Positions 1 through 10,006 of a stretch of 64,000 nt of DNA are shown here, piece by piece. A program made the position numbers and the translations under genes. The notes under the pieces are model-generated. The model was not told the DNA's origin, ran no database searches, and was given only the letters and a program-made list of their open reading frames with translations. This DNA comes from Bacteroidales bacterium (GTDB taxonomy: Bacteria > Bacteroidota > Bacteroidia > Bacteroidales > VadinHA17): the NCBI GenBank assembly GCA_046329875.1, contig JAXLTT010000001.1:205619-269618 (forward strand). The letters are read 5' to 3'. Each line of letters opens with the position of its first letter. Positions within the stretch are counted from its first letter, which is position 1.

Positions 1-2019
1 GACGTAAAATGGCTTCCTGCCAAAGATGAATGGCTTGCTTCAAACAGCAAGGATAAAAGGTTCGACATGTTCGCGAATGGCACATTGCTTGACGGGAAAA
101 TTAATCTTTCACCATCTTCACTCAAAGGCTCAGGCGTAATAGATATGGCTGACTCCAGGATTGTATCACGTAAATACACTTTCGGTTCACAAACAATCCA
201 GTCAGATACTTCCGACTACAACCTGAAGGCACTTAACGGAGAAGGCTATGCATTCATTGCGGAGAACGTTAATACAACAATCGACTTCAACCTTCAGAAT
301 TCAAGGTTCAGGCTTAATACAGACTCCTCTGTCGTCAAATTTCCCGAGATCAACTATATATGCAAGATGACCGACTTCACATACAATATGTCGAGCAAGA
401 TTCTAAGCATGGAACAAAGAGGAAAGTCATCTTCAAAACTTTTGCCTGCCGACCAGTTGCTTAAACTTAAGTTTGACAAGCTCGACAAACCCACTTTCTT
501 CTCAACAAATATGCAGAATGACACTGTTTCATTCTCCTCGTGGAAAGGAAGTTACAACCTCAAACAGGAGAGTGTTGTTGCTGAAAACATAAATTACATT
601 CATATTGCTGATGCCCTTATACAGCCGCAAAACGGTACAATCACAATTAATAAAGGTGCCCGGATAAAAGCAATGGACAGTGCAATTGTAGCTGTCAATA
701 ACAGGCACATCCTCCACTCTGCACATATAGCTATCGTTAACAGCAAGCGATATGAAGGAACAGCACTTTACGATTATATGGATGATGAAGGAAAGGTCCA
801 GGTAATAAGCTTCCCGCAGATCAGTGTCGATACAGCAACAACAACAGCTAAAGGATTTATTGGTGTTACCCAGAAATTCATGCTAAGTAATGCATTCTCA
901 TTCAGCGGCGATGTTGCACTCTCTGCAAGGGCAGACAACCTGACGTTTACAGGTGCAGCAGGGATAGTTCATAATTGCGGAATAAAGAGCTTCAACATCA
1001 AGTTCAAATCGTCAGTAAATCCGAAAATGGTAATGATACCTTATGGAGACAAGCCAAGGGACTTTAATGATAACCTTGTATTCTCCGGTTCATTCCTAAA
1101 CATGGATTCAACACATATATACCCTGCTTTCCTGTCAGAACGCAAATCCTGGAGTGACGCCCAGCTGGTTAATGCAACCGGGATGCTGTATTATGAGAAA
1201 GCGACAGGCAGGTATAAGATTGCCAGCCTTGAGAAACTCTCCGATCCTACGCTGCCAGGCAGTTTAATATCCTTTGATAAGAATTTCTGTATAATGTCGG
1301 GTGAAGGGAAACTCAATTTTGGTGCAAACTTCGACCTTTTGAAGATGGGCGCCGCAGGGAAAGTTATCCACGCTATGGATTCAGGGAAAGTTGATATTGA
1401 CGCAATCCTGGCTCTCGATTTCTTCTTTTCAGATGATGCCCTGAAGATGATGAGCGAAGAACTCAGGACCATCCCTACTCTTAAGGCCGTAAACCTGAAC
1501 TCTGATTTTTATAAAAAAGGAATGAAAGACCTTCTCGGGGAAGCTGCAGCAAACCAGATCAATGAGGAAATGGGTCTGTACGGAACGTCAAAATCTCTTC
1601 CGAAAGAATACCAGTACAAGCTTCTGCTGAACGATGTAAAACTTTACTGGAATGAACCTACGGCCTCCTTCAGGTCAAAAGGGAAGATAGGTATTGGCTT
1701 CGTAGGGCAACAGGCAATAAATGTGTATGTTGATGGTTTCGTTGAAATACAGAGAAGAAGATCAGGCGATATGATAGATGTCTATCTTAAAGCTGATGAA
1801 TCAACCTGGTATTATTTCTCATACTTCAAGGGCGTTTTAATGACACAGGCCGGCAATCTCAATTACAATACATTTATTTCCCAGATCAAGGCAAGTGCAA
1901 GGAAACATCCTGATGCATCGGTAAGGGTCCCTTATACATATATGATAGCTGTTGAAGACAGGCTGCCCAGGTTCCTGCAGAGAATGCAGTCTGATAACCC
2001 GGCTGAGGATAACAGGTAA
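1..2019 (+). CDS. C-terminal part of a large hypothetical protein (5' end lies outside the window)
   Basis: Frame 1 is open from base 1, with no stop before the first ATG at 67, through to TAA at 2017-2019. I could not assign it to a family by eye. Confidence 0.75.
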   Translation, partial: DVKWLPAKDEWLASNSKDKRFDMFANGTLLDGKINLSPSSLKGSGVIDMADSRIVSRKYTFGSQTIQSDTSDYNLKALNGEGYAFIAENVNTTIDFNLQNSRFRLNTDSSVVKFPEINYICKMTDFTYNMSSKILSMEQRGKSSSKLLPADQLLKLKFDKLDKPTFFSTNMQNDTVSFSSWKGSYNLKQESVVAENINYIHIADALIQPQNGTITINKGARIKAMDSAIVAVNNRHILHSAHIAIVNSKRYEGTALYDYMDDEGKVQVISFPQISVDTATTTAKGFIGVTQKFMLSNAFSFSGDVALSARADNLTFTGAAGIVHNCGIKSFNIKFKSSVNPKMVMIPYGDKPRDFNDNLVFSGSFLNMDSTHIYPAFLSERKSWSDAQLVNATGMLYYEKATGRYKIASLEKLSDPTLPGSLISFDKNFCIMSGEGKLNFGANFDLLKMGAAGKVIHAMDSGKVDIDAILALDFFFSDDALKMMSEELRTIPTLKAVNLNSDFYKKGMKDLLGEAAANQINEEMGLYGTSKSLPKEYQYKLLLNDVKLYWNEPTASFRSKGKIGIGFVGQQAINVYVDGFVEIQRRRSGDMIDVYLKADESTWYYFSYFKGVLMTQAGNLNYNTFISQIKASARKHPDASVRVPYTYMIAVEDRLPRFLQRMQSDNPAEDNR

Positions 2020-2526
2020 TCAGGCTTCAACCCTGCCTCGCTCGCCAAGCTCAATAAGCTCAAGGCTGTGTATTCCATCTTTATCGATTGTGAACCTGAC
2101 GGCTGTCATTACCTTATGGAACCCTGAATAACCGGCTGCTCCCGGATTTATGTAGAGGAGGTTCATTTTCCTGTCGAAAATGACCCTGGCAATATGGGAA
2201 TGACCGCAGATGAAAATATCCGGCGGGTCAGTGATTAATGCCTGTCTCACATGTGGTTCATAATGACCCGGGTAACCTCCTATATGCCTGATCCATATCT
2301 TTTTCCCTTCAATATCCAGGTGCAGGTCGGCAGGGTACATGCGCCTGAGCTCAGCTCCGTCGATATTTCCATGTACTGCACGCAGTTGTTTATATGATGC
2401 CAGCTTATCGGCGGTGGCGGCATCCCCGATATCTCCGGCATGCCAAATCTCATCCACATCTTTAAAAAACTCCCTGAGCCGGGGATGAATCCAGCCATGT
2501 GTATCCGATAACAGTCCGATCCTCAC
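2020..2526 (-). CDS. Metallophosphoesterase, YfcE/MJ0936-like phosphodiesterase
   Basis: 168 aa with the motifs LSDTHG, AGDIGD, GNIDG and CGHSH, typical of the calcineurin-like phosphoesterase fold. Confidence 0.88.
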   Translation of the reverse strand: MRIGLLSDTHGWIHPRLREFFKDVDEIWHAGDIGDAATADKLASYKQLRAVHGNIDGAELRRMYPADLHLDIEGKKIWIRHIGGYPGHYEPHVRQALITDPPDIFICGHSHIARVIFDRKMNLLYINPGAAGYSGFHKVMTAVRFTIDKDGIHSLELIELGERGRVEA

Positions 2527-2553
2527 TGGTAATATTTTACCGGTAAAAATATC

Positions 2554-2561
2554 TATTTTTG
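2554..2561 (+). promoter_or_regulatory. Putative Bacteroidota -7 promoter box (TAnnTTTG) for rsmE
   Basis: TATTTTTG lies 15 nt upstream of the ATG at 2576, in a divergent intergenic region. Confidence 0.4.
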
Positions 2562-2575
2562 GGAAAACATCTGAA

Positions 2576-3283
2576 ATGCAGGTTTTCTACGCTCCCGGAA
2601 TCACTGGCGACAACTGGATCCTTGATGAGAAGGAGTCGAAGCACCTTATAAGGGTAATGAGGCTTGGGAAAGGTTCGGCTGTTAGGCTCATCGACGGTAA
2701 AGGAAATCTTTATGAAGGAATCATTGATGATCCCGACCAGTCAGGATGCTCAATTAAGGTCATCTCGGTAAAAAATGATTTCGACAAAAGGAACTACAGG
2801 CTGCATATAGCGATATCCCCCCTGAAAAACCCTGAACGCTTTGAATGGTTTACAGAAAAATGCGTTGAGATAGGCATAGATGAGATCACTCCGGTAATAT
2901 GCAGGAATACAGAGAAAGAGAAACTCAAAACTGAAAGGATAAAGAGTATAATTATCTCGGCAATGAAACAATCCCTGAAAACCTGGCTGCCCGTTTTAAA
3001 TGAACCTGTTGCCTTCAGCGAATTCGTTTCAAGTGCACATCAGGGTAAGAAAATGATAGCTCATTGTAATGGCACCCTCAACAGGAAAAAGATAAATGAA
3101 GTCTGCTCTCCCGGCGATGATGTCTTAATAATGATAGGTCCGGAAGGTGATTTTTCCGAAAAGGAGATCAGCCTCGCAGAATCCAAGGGTTTTACAGCTG
3201 TTCACCTTGGAAACAGCAGGTTAAGGACTGAAACAGCAGGAATAGCTGCCTGTCATTCTATATATTTCCTGAACCAGAAATAA
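2576..3283 (+). CDS. rsmE: 16S rRNA (uracil1498-N3)-methyltransferase
   Basis: 235 aa. It has an RsmE-like N-terminus (MQVFYAPGI...KESKHLIRVMRL) and the C-terminal GPEGDFS...E motif. Confidence 0.88.
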   Translation: MQVFYAPGITGDNWILDEKESKHLIRVMRLGKGSAVRLIDGKGNLYEGIIDDPDQSGCSIKVISVKNDFDKRNYRLHIAISPLKNPERFEWFTEKCVEIGIDEITPVICRNTEKEKLKTERIKSIIISAMKQSLKTWLPVLNEPVAFSEFVSSAHQGKKMIAHCNGTLNRKKINEVCSPGDDVLIMIGPEGDFSEKEISLAESKGFTAVHLGNSRLRTETAGIAACHSIYFLNQK

Positions 3284-3291
3284 TTAATCTT

Positions 3292-3489
3292 CTATATCTC
3301 GTTTCTGCTGTAGAGTAAACCTATCAGCCTCTCTCCCATTAAATCGGCAGCAGAGGTGTCTGTCTTACCCAGGAAATTGAGGACATCACTGAATTCTCCG
3401 GCAAAGCCCCAGGCATCATCATAGATGTCTGTTTCATCAGTTTTTATTTCCCCGTATTTAATAAAGCGTGTAGAGGTGTTATTCATAGG
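3292..3489 (-). CDS. Small acidic hypothetical protein downstream of the ECF sigma gene
   Basis: 65 aa from the ATG at 3489 (the track ORF starts at a TTG at 3495). It is co-directional with the sigma gene and 54 nt downstream of it. No TM segment and no recognisable domain. Confidence 0.35.
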   Translation of the reverse strand, partial: PMNNTSTRFIKYGEIKTDETDIYDDAWGFAGEFSDVLNFLGKTDTSAADLMGERLIGLLYSRNEI

Positions 3490-3543
3490 CAACAAAGTTT
3501 GTTACCATGATAACGTGACTGACGCTTTATTATTGCCGGAATG

Positions 3544-4131
3544 CTAATATTTAGTCAGCAGCATCTGCTTTTCTTCCATGATCTTGCGCATATTTATCAG
3601 CGCATATCGCATCCTGCCAAGAGCTGTATTTATACTTACATCGGTTATTTCAGCAATCTCCTTAAAGCTTAAACCCGCATAATGCCTGAGGATCACAACT
3701 TCCTTCTGGTCATCCGGAAGCTGGTTTATAAGCTTCCTGACATCTTTCCTTATCTGAACGGCAACCATTGTATCCTCAACGTTCGCATCAGCAAGCTTGC
3801 GTGAATTGAACAGGTCGGATTCATAATTGTCATTTGAAGTTACATTCAGCTGCTTCAGCCTCCTGAAATGATCGATTATCAGGTTATGAGCAATTCTCAT
3901 TACCCATGAGAGGAATTTACCATTATCGTAATACTTGCCTGCCTTTACAGATTGTATCACTTTTAGGAAAGTATCCTGGAAGATATCCTCCACAAGGGCC
4001 TGGTCGCGTATATAAAGACTTATATACGAATACACTTTATTCTTATGACGGTGGATTATTTCCTCAAAACAGGATTGCTCACCTTTTACGAACCTCTGAA
4101 GCAGTTCATAATCGGAAATTGTCTTGTTCAT
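3544..4131 (-). CDS. RNA polymerase sigma-70 factor, ECF subfamily
   Basis: 195 aa. Region 2 (FLSWVMRIAHNLIIDHFRR) and the region 4 HTH (LSFKEIAEITDVSINTALGRMRYAL) are both present. Confidence 0.9.
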   Translation of the reverse strand: MNKTISDYELLQRFVKGEQSCFEEIIHRHKNKVYSYISLYIRDQALVEDIFQDTFLKVIQSVKAGKYYDNGKFLSWVMRIAHNLIIDHFRRLKQLNVTSNDNYESDLFNSRKLADANVEDTMVAVQIRKDVRKLINQLPDDQKEVVILRHYAGLSFKEIAEITDVSINTALGRMRYALINMRKIMEEKQMLLTKY

Positions 4132-4237
4132 AACTCTCTCTTTTTAAGTGTCAAGAGTAGAGATTTTCAATAGGCAATCCTTTTTTTTGGTTAACGGTTA
4201 ACACAAAGAAAAGAAAAAATATTAATCTGAAAAGTGT

Positions 4238-4245
4238 TACTTTTG
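4238..4245 (+). promoter_or_regulatory. Putative -7 promoter box (TAnnTTTG) for uvrA
   Basis: TACTTTTG lies 57 nt upstream of the ATG at 4302. Confidence 0.35.
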
Positions 4246-4301
4246 AATTTTAACATATTTATTTGACGAAGAGAATAGCAGGCAGGATAAACAAAGGGGT
4301 T

Positions 4302-7085
4302 ATGGAGGGGAGTATAGAAATTAAAGGTGCAAGGGTACATAACCTGAAGAATGTCAGCCTGACAATCCCAAGGAACAAGCTGATTGTAATTACAGGGGTT
4401 TCCGGTTCAGGAAAATCATCACTCGCATTCGATACAATTTACGCCGAAGGGCAGAGAAGGTATGTTGAAAGCCTCTCATCATATGCCAGGCAGTTCCTTG
4501 GCAGGATGAACAAACCGGAGGTCGACTTCATAAATGGTATCCCCCCGGCAATTGCAATCGAACAAAAAGTCAATACAAGGAATCCACGATCAACTGTCGG
4601 TACCACCACGGAGATTTACGACTACCTGAGGTTACTCTATGCCCGCATTGGAAGGACATTCTCGCCTGTATCAGGGAAAGAAGTAAAAAAGCACAGTGTT
4701 GATGATGTAACATTCTACCTTACAACGCTGCCGGAAGAATCGAGGGTAATAATCACAGCACCCGGCAGGATACCTGAGAACATCGACGTTGCTGAATATT
4801 TCGCTTTCCTCTGCAAGGAGGGATTTAACAGGATTGAAAAGGATGGTGAGCTGATAAGAATTGACGAGAAAGAAAACAAAAAGTACGGCAAGCCTGGTGA
4901 AACTGTTAATGTTGTAATTGACAGGCTGGTTATGAATCATAGTGCTGAAAGTATAAGCAGGGCAGCAGATTCGGCCCAGACTGCCCTTCTTACAGGTAAT
5001 GGCATGTGCCAGGTGGTTGTCATGGGCGGAGCAGAACCTCACAGGGAGAATTTCTCAGTCAGGTTCGAGGAGGATGGTATAGAATTTATAGAGCCTTCAG
5101 AACACCTTTTCAGTTTTAACAATCCCCTCGGGGCCTGCCCCCTATGTGAGGGTTATGGCAAGATAATCGGCATCGATGAAAACCTTGTTATTCCAGATCA
5201 GAACCTCTCTGTATACGAGGATGCAATTGTATGCTGGAAGGGCGAGACTATGAAGAAATGGAAAGAGAGGCTTATAACAGGGGCTCCAAACTTTGATTTC
5301 CCCGTTCATAAACCCTACTTCCAGCTTAGCCCCGAGCAGAAAAAGCTGCTATGGACCGGCAACAGGTATTTCTATGGTATAAACAGGTTCTTTGAGCACC
5401 TCGAGGAGAAAAAGTATAAGATCCAGTACAGGGTGCTGTTAAGCAGGTATCGCGGCAAGACTATCTGTCCTGAATGCGGAGGAACACGCCTTAGAAAGGA
5501 AGCAGGTTATGTTACAATTGCTGGAAAGAACATACAGGAGCTTTCCTCAATGCCCGTCAGTACCTGCCTCGGTTTTTTTGAAAACCTGTCGCTCGATGAA
5601 CAGGACCTTAAAATTGCTGACAGGATACTTAAGGAGATTACAATCAGGCTCAGGTTCCTTGTCAGCGTAGGTCTCCCCTACCTTACTCTCGACAGGCTTT
5701 CGGCTTCGCTCTCCGGTGGCGAGTCGCAGAGGATTAACCTGGCCACATCGCTTGGAAGCAATCTTGTTGGTTCAATGTATATTCTTGATGAGCCCAGCAT
5801 CGGGCTCCATCCAAGGGACACAAACCTGCTGATAAATGTGCTTAAGGAACTCAGGGATCTCGGAAATACTGTCCTTGTTGTTGAACATGAAGAGGAGATC
5901 ATAAGGGCTGCAGATGAGATAATCGACATGGGACCGGAGGCAGGCAGGCTTGGTGGCGAAGTTGTTTACCAGGGAGGCCTCGATCTTACGGAATCAAACA
6001 AGAGCCTCACAGCAGGCTACCTTAGCGGCAGGATCAATGTACCTGTTCCGCGCCAGAGAAGGAAATGGAACAGTTATATTGAAGTCAAGGGTGCAAGGGA
6101 GAATAATCTTAAATCGTTCGATGTAAAGTTCCCCCTGCATACACTCACTGCAGTAACTGGTGTCAGCGGATCGGGAAAATCAAGCCTTGTTAACGAAATA
6201 CTATATAAGGCCCTTACAAACAAGATAAACGGTTACAGTTTCAAACCAGGACAATTCAGGGATATTTCAGGCGATATAAGCAGCCTCACCGGTATTGAAA
6301 TGGTTGATCAGAACCCTATTGGGAAATCCACACGTTCAAACCCTGTTACCTACCTAAAGGCATATGACGAGATAAGAAAGCTGTTTGCCGATCAGCAGGC
6401 TTCAGTTCAGAATAATTTTAAAGCTTCCCATTTTTCTTTCAACATAGAAGGGGGCCGATGCGAGGAATGCCAGGGAGAAGGCATAATCAAGGTGGAGATG
6501 CAGTTCATGGCCGATGTTGAGCTGACCTGTGAAAGCTGCAAGGGGATGAGATTCAAGAAGGAGGTCCTGGAGGTAAGGTATCACGGGAAGAATATCTTTG
6601 ATATACTTGAGATGACAATTGACGAGGCAATAGAATTCTTTTCCACAGGTGCAGGAAGAACAGAGAAAAAGATTGCAGAAAAACTGCAGCCTCTTTCGGA
6701 TGTTGGCCTGGGCTATGTGAAGATGGGGCAGTCGTCAAGCACACTCTCCGGTGGTGAGAGCCAGAGGGTCAAACTTGCATACTTCCTGTCGCAGGAAAAG
6801 GGAAGCGGCCATATACTTTTTATTTTCGATGAACCTACAACCGGATTGCATTTCCATGATATCAAGAAGCTTCTTAAGTCGCTTAATGCCCTTATAGATC
6901 ACGGACACTCAGTAGTGCTTATTGAGCATAACCAGGAAGTTATTAAGTGTGCCGACTGGGTTATTGACCTGGGGCCGGAAGGCGGGGAATCCGGCGGGCA
7001 TCTTGTTTTTGAAGGGAAACCCGAGAAGGTAATAGAATGCGCGGAATCACATACCGGGAAATACCTGAGGAGTAAACTGAAATAA
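4302..7085 (+). CDS. uvrA: Excinuclease ABC subunit A
   Basis: Two ABC ATPase modules ([10 protein letters not shown] twice, LSGGE(S)QR twice) and the zinc-finger cysteine pairs. The track ORF starts at a TTG at 4263. The ATG at 4302 ([17 protein letters not shown]) matches the usual UvrA N-terminus. Confidence 0.95.
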   Translation: MEGSIEIKGARVHNLKNVSLTIPRNKLIVITGVSGSGKSSLAFDTIYAEGQRRYVESLSSYARQFLGRMNKPEVDFINGIPPAIAIEQKVNTRNPRSTVGTTTEIYDYLRLLYARIGRTFSPVSGKEVKKHSVDDVTFYLTTLPEESRVIITAPGRIPENIDVAEYFAFLCKEGFNRIEKDGELIRIDEKENKKYGKPGETVNVVIDRLVMNHSAESISRAADSAQTALLTGNGMCQVVVMGGAEPHRENFSVRFEEDGIEFIEPSEHLFSFNNPLGACPLCEGYGKIIGIDENLVIPDQNLSVYEDAIVCWKGETMKKWKERLITGAPNFDFPVHKPYFQLSPEQKKLLWTGNRYFYGINRFFEHLEEKKYKIQYRVLLSRYRGKTICPECGGTRLRKEAGYVTIAGKNIQELSSMPVSTCLGFFENLSLDEQDLKIADRILKEITIRLRFLVSVGLPYLTLDRLSASLSGGESQRINLATSLGSNLVGSMYILDEPSIGLHPRDTNLLINVLKELRDLGNTVLVVEHEEEIIRAADEIIDMGPEAGRLGGEVVYQGGLDLTESNKSLTAGYLSGRINVPVPRQRRKWNSYIEVKGARENNLKSFDVKFPLHTLTAVTGVSGSGKSSLVNEILYKALTNKINGYSFKPGQFRDISGDISSLTGIEMVDQNPIGKSTRSNPVTYLKAYDEIRKLFADQQASVQNNFKASHFSFNIEGGRCEECQGEGIIKVEMQFMADVELTCESCKGMRFKKEVLEVRYHGKNIFDILEMTIDEAIEFFSTGAGRTEKKIAEKLQPLSDVGLGYVKMGQSSSTLSGGESQRVKLAYFLSQEKGSGHILFIFDEPTTGLHFHDIKKLLKSLNALIDHGHSVVLIEHNQEVIKCADWVIDLGPEGGESGGHLVFEGKPEKVIECAESHTGKYLRSKLK

Positions 7086-7086
7086 A

Positions 7087-7114
7087 AAAGGATGCCGTTG
7101 ACCTGGCATCCTTT
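7087..7114. terminator. Bidirectional hairpin terminator between the convergent uvrA and 7134 genes
   Basis: A perfect 10-bp stem AAAGGATGCC / GGCATCCTTT with an 8-nt loop, flanked by A and T runs on both sides. Confidence 0.6.
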
Positions 7115-7133
7115 AAAATAATGACTGTTACGC

Positions 7134-7577
7134 CTATTTCTTCATCTTGAATCCGAACATTATCGATACGCAACCACTTGCAGGCACATCTCCGGGCTTA
7201 TTGAAAGGATTTACCTTAACAACAAGCTTAAGTTGCTTCGATGATTCGAGTTTAAAATCCCACGTTTTGGCGTAGTTATGCTCCTTGTTTGAATAAAGGA
7301 CATTTTTGTTTTCATCAAGAATCTTGAATTCCACCTCAGGAAGCTTACCTTCTCCAACAACAGCCACCCTGTATTCCATGTCGGAATAGAATGTCTTGTA
7401 TAGTTCAGCCTCCTCACCTTCAACCAGTACAGCTGCATGATAGTTTCCATCATGTGTATATGGGGCGAGTACCGGAAGACAATCCTTCTTTGCAAAGGCT
7501 TTGCACTGCGCATTTCCCGAAACTGAGAAAGCGAAGATCAGCAAAACCACGGCTGTTAATAGCTTGATAACTCTCAT
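7134..7577 (-). CDS. Hypothetical secreted protein
   Basis: 147 aa with an N-terminal signal peptide (MRVIKLLTAVVLLIFAFSVSGNAQ). No family assigned. Confidence 0.7.
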   Translation of the reverse strand: MRVIKLLTAVVLLIFAFSVSGNAQCKAFAKKDCLPVLAPYTHDGNYHAAVLVEGEEAELYKTFYSDMEYRVAVVGEGKLPEVEFKILDENKNVLYSNKEHNYAKTWDFKLESSKQLKLVVKVNPFNKPGDVPASGCVSIMFGFKMKK

Positions 7578-7585
7578 AGTGATTA

Positions 7586-8506
7586 CTATTTAACAAAAGT
7601 GTTTCTGATATTGGCAACTGTGGCTGAAAGCTCCTTGAAAACATCAAGTGAAACATCAATTTTTGCCGATGATTTCAGAATTGTGGTATTTGTCGATTTG
7701 TCAAATTCTGGCTTAATCGGTCCCTGTTCAAGTTTCACCTTGTCGAAAACGGTCTTAAGCTGGTTCATCTGAACTATAAGCTCATCTACAGTAGGATGTC
7801 CTTTGTTGCTGTTCAGAAGATTAACAAGTATGTCAATTGACAGTTTCTGATCGACAATTGTGCTTACCAGTTTATTGTCTTTGAATTCCTTAAGGTTAAC
7901 AAGCTGTGTTGAAAGGTAAAGACCTTCGATCCAGCCACCTACGAGAACTATTGCAGCGACAGCCGACTGGTCGTTATCGGCAAGGTATGAATTCGAATTC
8001 AGGAATGTTTCCGAAATGATATCCATTATCGCTTCCTTGTTGTTTATGTTCTCCTCGAGATTCTCGATTGTTTTCTGATCTATGGCATCGAGAATTCCCA
8101 GCCCGTCAGCCATTTTCTTGGCTGCATTCATATAATCAATAATGAGCTGAGTCTGGTCGTACAGACTTGCAAAGCTGAGGTCGCATGTGTAAACGCCAAG
8201 GTTAAGAGCTTCATTCCTTGTAGTTGTATACAGTTTTGCATTGTCAACCGGGTTCAGGAACCTTTTATCAAAAGGAGCGCCTGCCGATTTGATAAGCATT
8301 GCTGATTCAAGCGGAGAAGGAAGAGCCTCAAAGATCTTGTTGGCCTGCTTGATATCCTGCTGAACCCTTTCAATATCCTTTGGAGGTCCGGCTTCAGGTT
8401 CCTTCTTCTGCTCCTTGCTGCCTCCGGATCCACATCCCGGAAGAAGCAGCAGACTAAGCAACATCACTGCTAAAATTCCTTTTCCGATAGTTAAGCTTTT
8501 ATTCAT
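7586..8506 (-). CDS. Hypothetical lipoprotein
   Basis: 306 aa with a signal peptide and lipobox (LLLLPGCGS). It ends 9 nt upstream of the 7134 gene start. Confidence 0.75.
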   Translation of the reverse strand: MNKSLTIGKGILAVMLLSLLLLPGCGSGGSKEQKKEPEAGPPKDIERVQQDIKQANKIFEALPSPLESAMLIKSAGAPFDKRFLNPVDNAKLYTTTRNEALNLGVYTCDLSFASLYDQTQLIIDYMNAAKKMADGLGILDAIDQKTIENLEENINNKEAIMDIISETFLNSNSYLADNDQSAVAAIVLVGGWIEGLYLSTQLVNLKEFKDNKLVSTIVDQKLSIDILVNLLNSNKGHPTVDELIVQMNQLKTVFDKVKLEQGPIKPEFDKSTNTTILKSSAKIDVSLDVFKELSATVANIRNTFVK

Positions 8507-8715
8507 GATTTAAAAATTTAAGTGACTGACTTATTTCACGACTAAATTAACACATTATTTTTATTTTTCAAACGAAGATGAAGTTGATAATATTGGCTTA
8601 AACTGGTAAAAAATATTTATAATCAGCATTTTTCCATATAAAGTCAGGCACCGGAAAAACATAATCTTTCACCAAGTGGATTTCATTTTTAACTTTGCCG
8701 AAAAGAATTTCATTA

Positions 8716-9237
8716 ATGAATCCTCACGAAAAAAGGCTTAAGGAGCTTGAATCCCGGCTAAGGGCTGACAACCCGGTAAAGGTAATTGAAACGATAAAGC
8801 TGCTTCGAAACGAAGAGCCTTTCCATGGTGTAATAAGGCTCCTTGCTGAACTCTATAATGCAACATCAAATATGCAGGTGAAAAGCCAGGTCGCCGAGTT
8901 CATGAACGACATGAAGGAAAAGACACTTGCTGTTGAAGTAGTTACAGAGATAAAAAAGAAATACAAGAACGATACAACAAAGATGCTCGCCTCTTCATGC
9001 TGGCAGTCGGGTATTGATTATGCTCCGTATGCTTCAGAATTCGCACAGGTGTTTGTATCAGGCGACTTTGAAACTGCGATTGAGTGCTTTACAGTTATTG
9101 AGAGCAATATCCACGGTATCGCCAGGAAAACAAAAGATCATATGATTATCCTGCTGAGGGAGAGCGATAACCTTAAGAACTCACAGAAATCAGCCCTTAT
9201 GCAGGAACTCCTTGTCCTGCTTGCGGAAAGGGAATAG
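8716..9237 (+). CDS. Hypothetical protein (helical)
   Basis: The ORF is open from a TTG at 8695 and the first ATG is at 8716 (MNPHEKRLKELE). No family assigned. Confidence 0.6.
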   Translation: MNPHEKRLKELESRLRADNPVKVIETIKLLRNEEPFHGVIRLLAELYNATSNMQVKSQVAEFMNDMKEKTLAVEVVTEIKKKYKNDTTKMLASSCWQSGIDYAPYASEFAQVFVSGDFETAIECFTVIESNIHGIARKTKDHMIILLRESDNLKNSQKSALMQELLVLLAERE

Positions 9238-9241
9238 CATG

Positions 9242-9916
9242 TCACTTATTTAGCCTCTCGCCAAATATCAGGCTGCCAATCCTTACGATTGTCGCTCCTT
9301 CGCTTACAGCTACCAGGTAATCGCCCGACATTCCCATAGATATTTCCCTGAAGTCTCGGGCTTTTACAAGACCGCTTGACTTTATTGTATCGAATAACGA
9401 CCTGAGTTTTTTGAACTCGTCCCTTACAAGATTGTGGTCATCAGTATAGGTAGCCATGCCCATAACCCCGCAAATGCGGACATTCCTCAGTTGCCCGAAC
9501 CCGGCAGAATGAATCATTTCAAGCGCTTCCTGCTCATCGAATCCCGATTTTGTTTCCTCCTTTGCAATATGAAACTGAAGCAGGCAATCTGTTATCCGAT
9601 TTATCCTGGCCGATTCCTTATCAATAACTTCAAGGAGCCTGAAGCTGTCGACAGACTGGATAACCGAAACAAAAGGCAGCAGATGCCTTACCTTGTTAGT
9701 CTGGAGATGACCAATAAAATGCCATTCAATATCAACAGGCAAGGCCTGGCATTTTGATACAAGTTCAGGTACGCGGTTTTCTCCGAATATCCTGTGCCCC
9801 GAATTATATGCGGAAAGTATATCCTCAACAGGTTTTGTCTTGGATACTGCTACAATTTTAACGTTGTCCGGGATTTCTTTCCTGAGAGCTTTTATATTTG
9901 ATTCAATAGCCGTCAT
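9242..9916 (-). CDS. yggS: YggS-family pyridoxal-phosphate homeostasis protein
   Basis: 224 aa with VAVSKTKP (the PLP lysine) and overall YggS/PROSC-like length and motifs. Confidence 0.88.
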   Translation of the reverse strand: MTAIESNIKALRKEIPDNVKIVAVSKTKPVEDILSAYNSGHRIFGENRVPELVSKCQALPVDIEWHFIGHLQTNKVRHLLPFVSVIQSVDSFRLLEVIDKESARINRITDCLLQFHIAKEETKSGFDEQEALEMIHSAGFGQLRNVRICGVMGMATYTDDHNLVRDEFKKLRSLFDTIKSSGLVKARDFREISMGMSGDYLVAVSEGATIVRIGSLIFGERLNK

Positions 9917-10006
9917 AAATTACTTTGGTGTGTAATATTATGAAATACAGTCAAATATCCGGTCAACAGCTTTTCTGATGAAAATTATTACCCTGCCAGT
10001 CTTATA

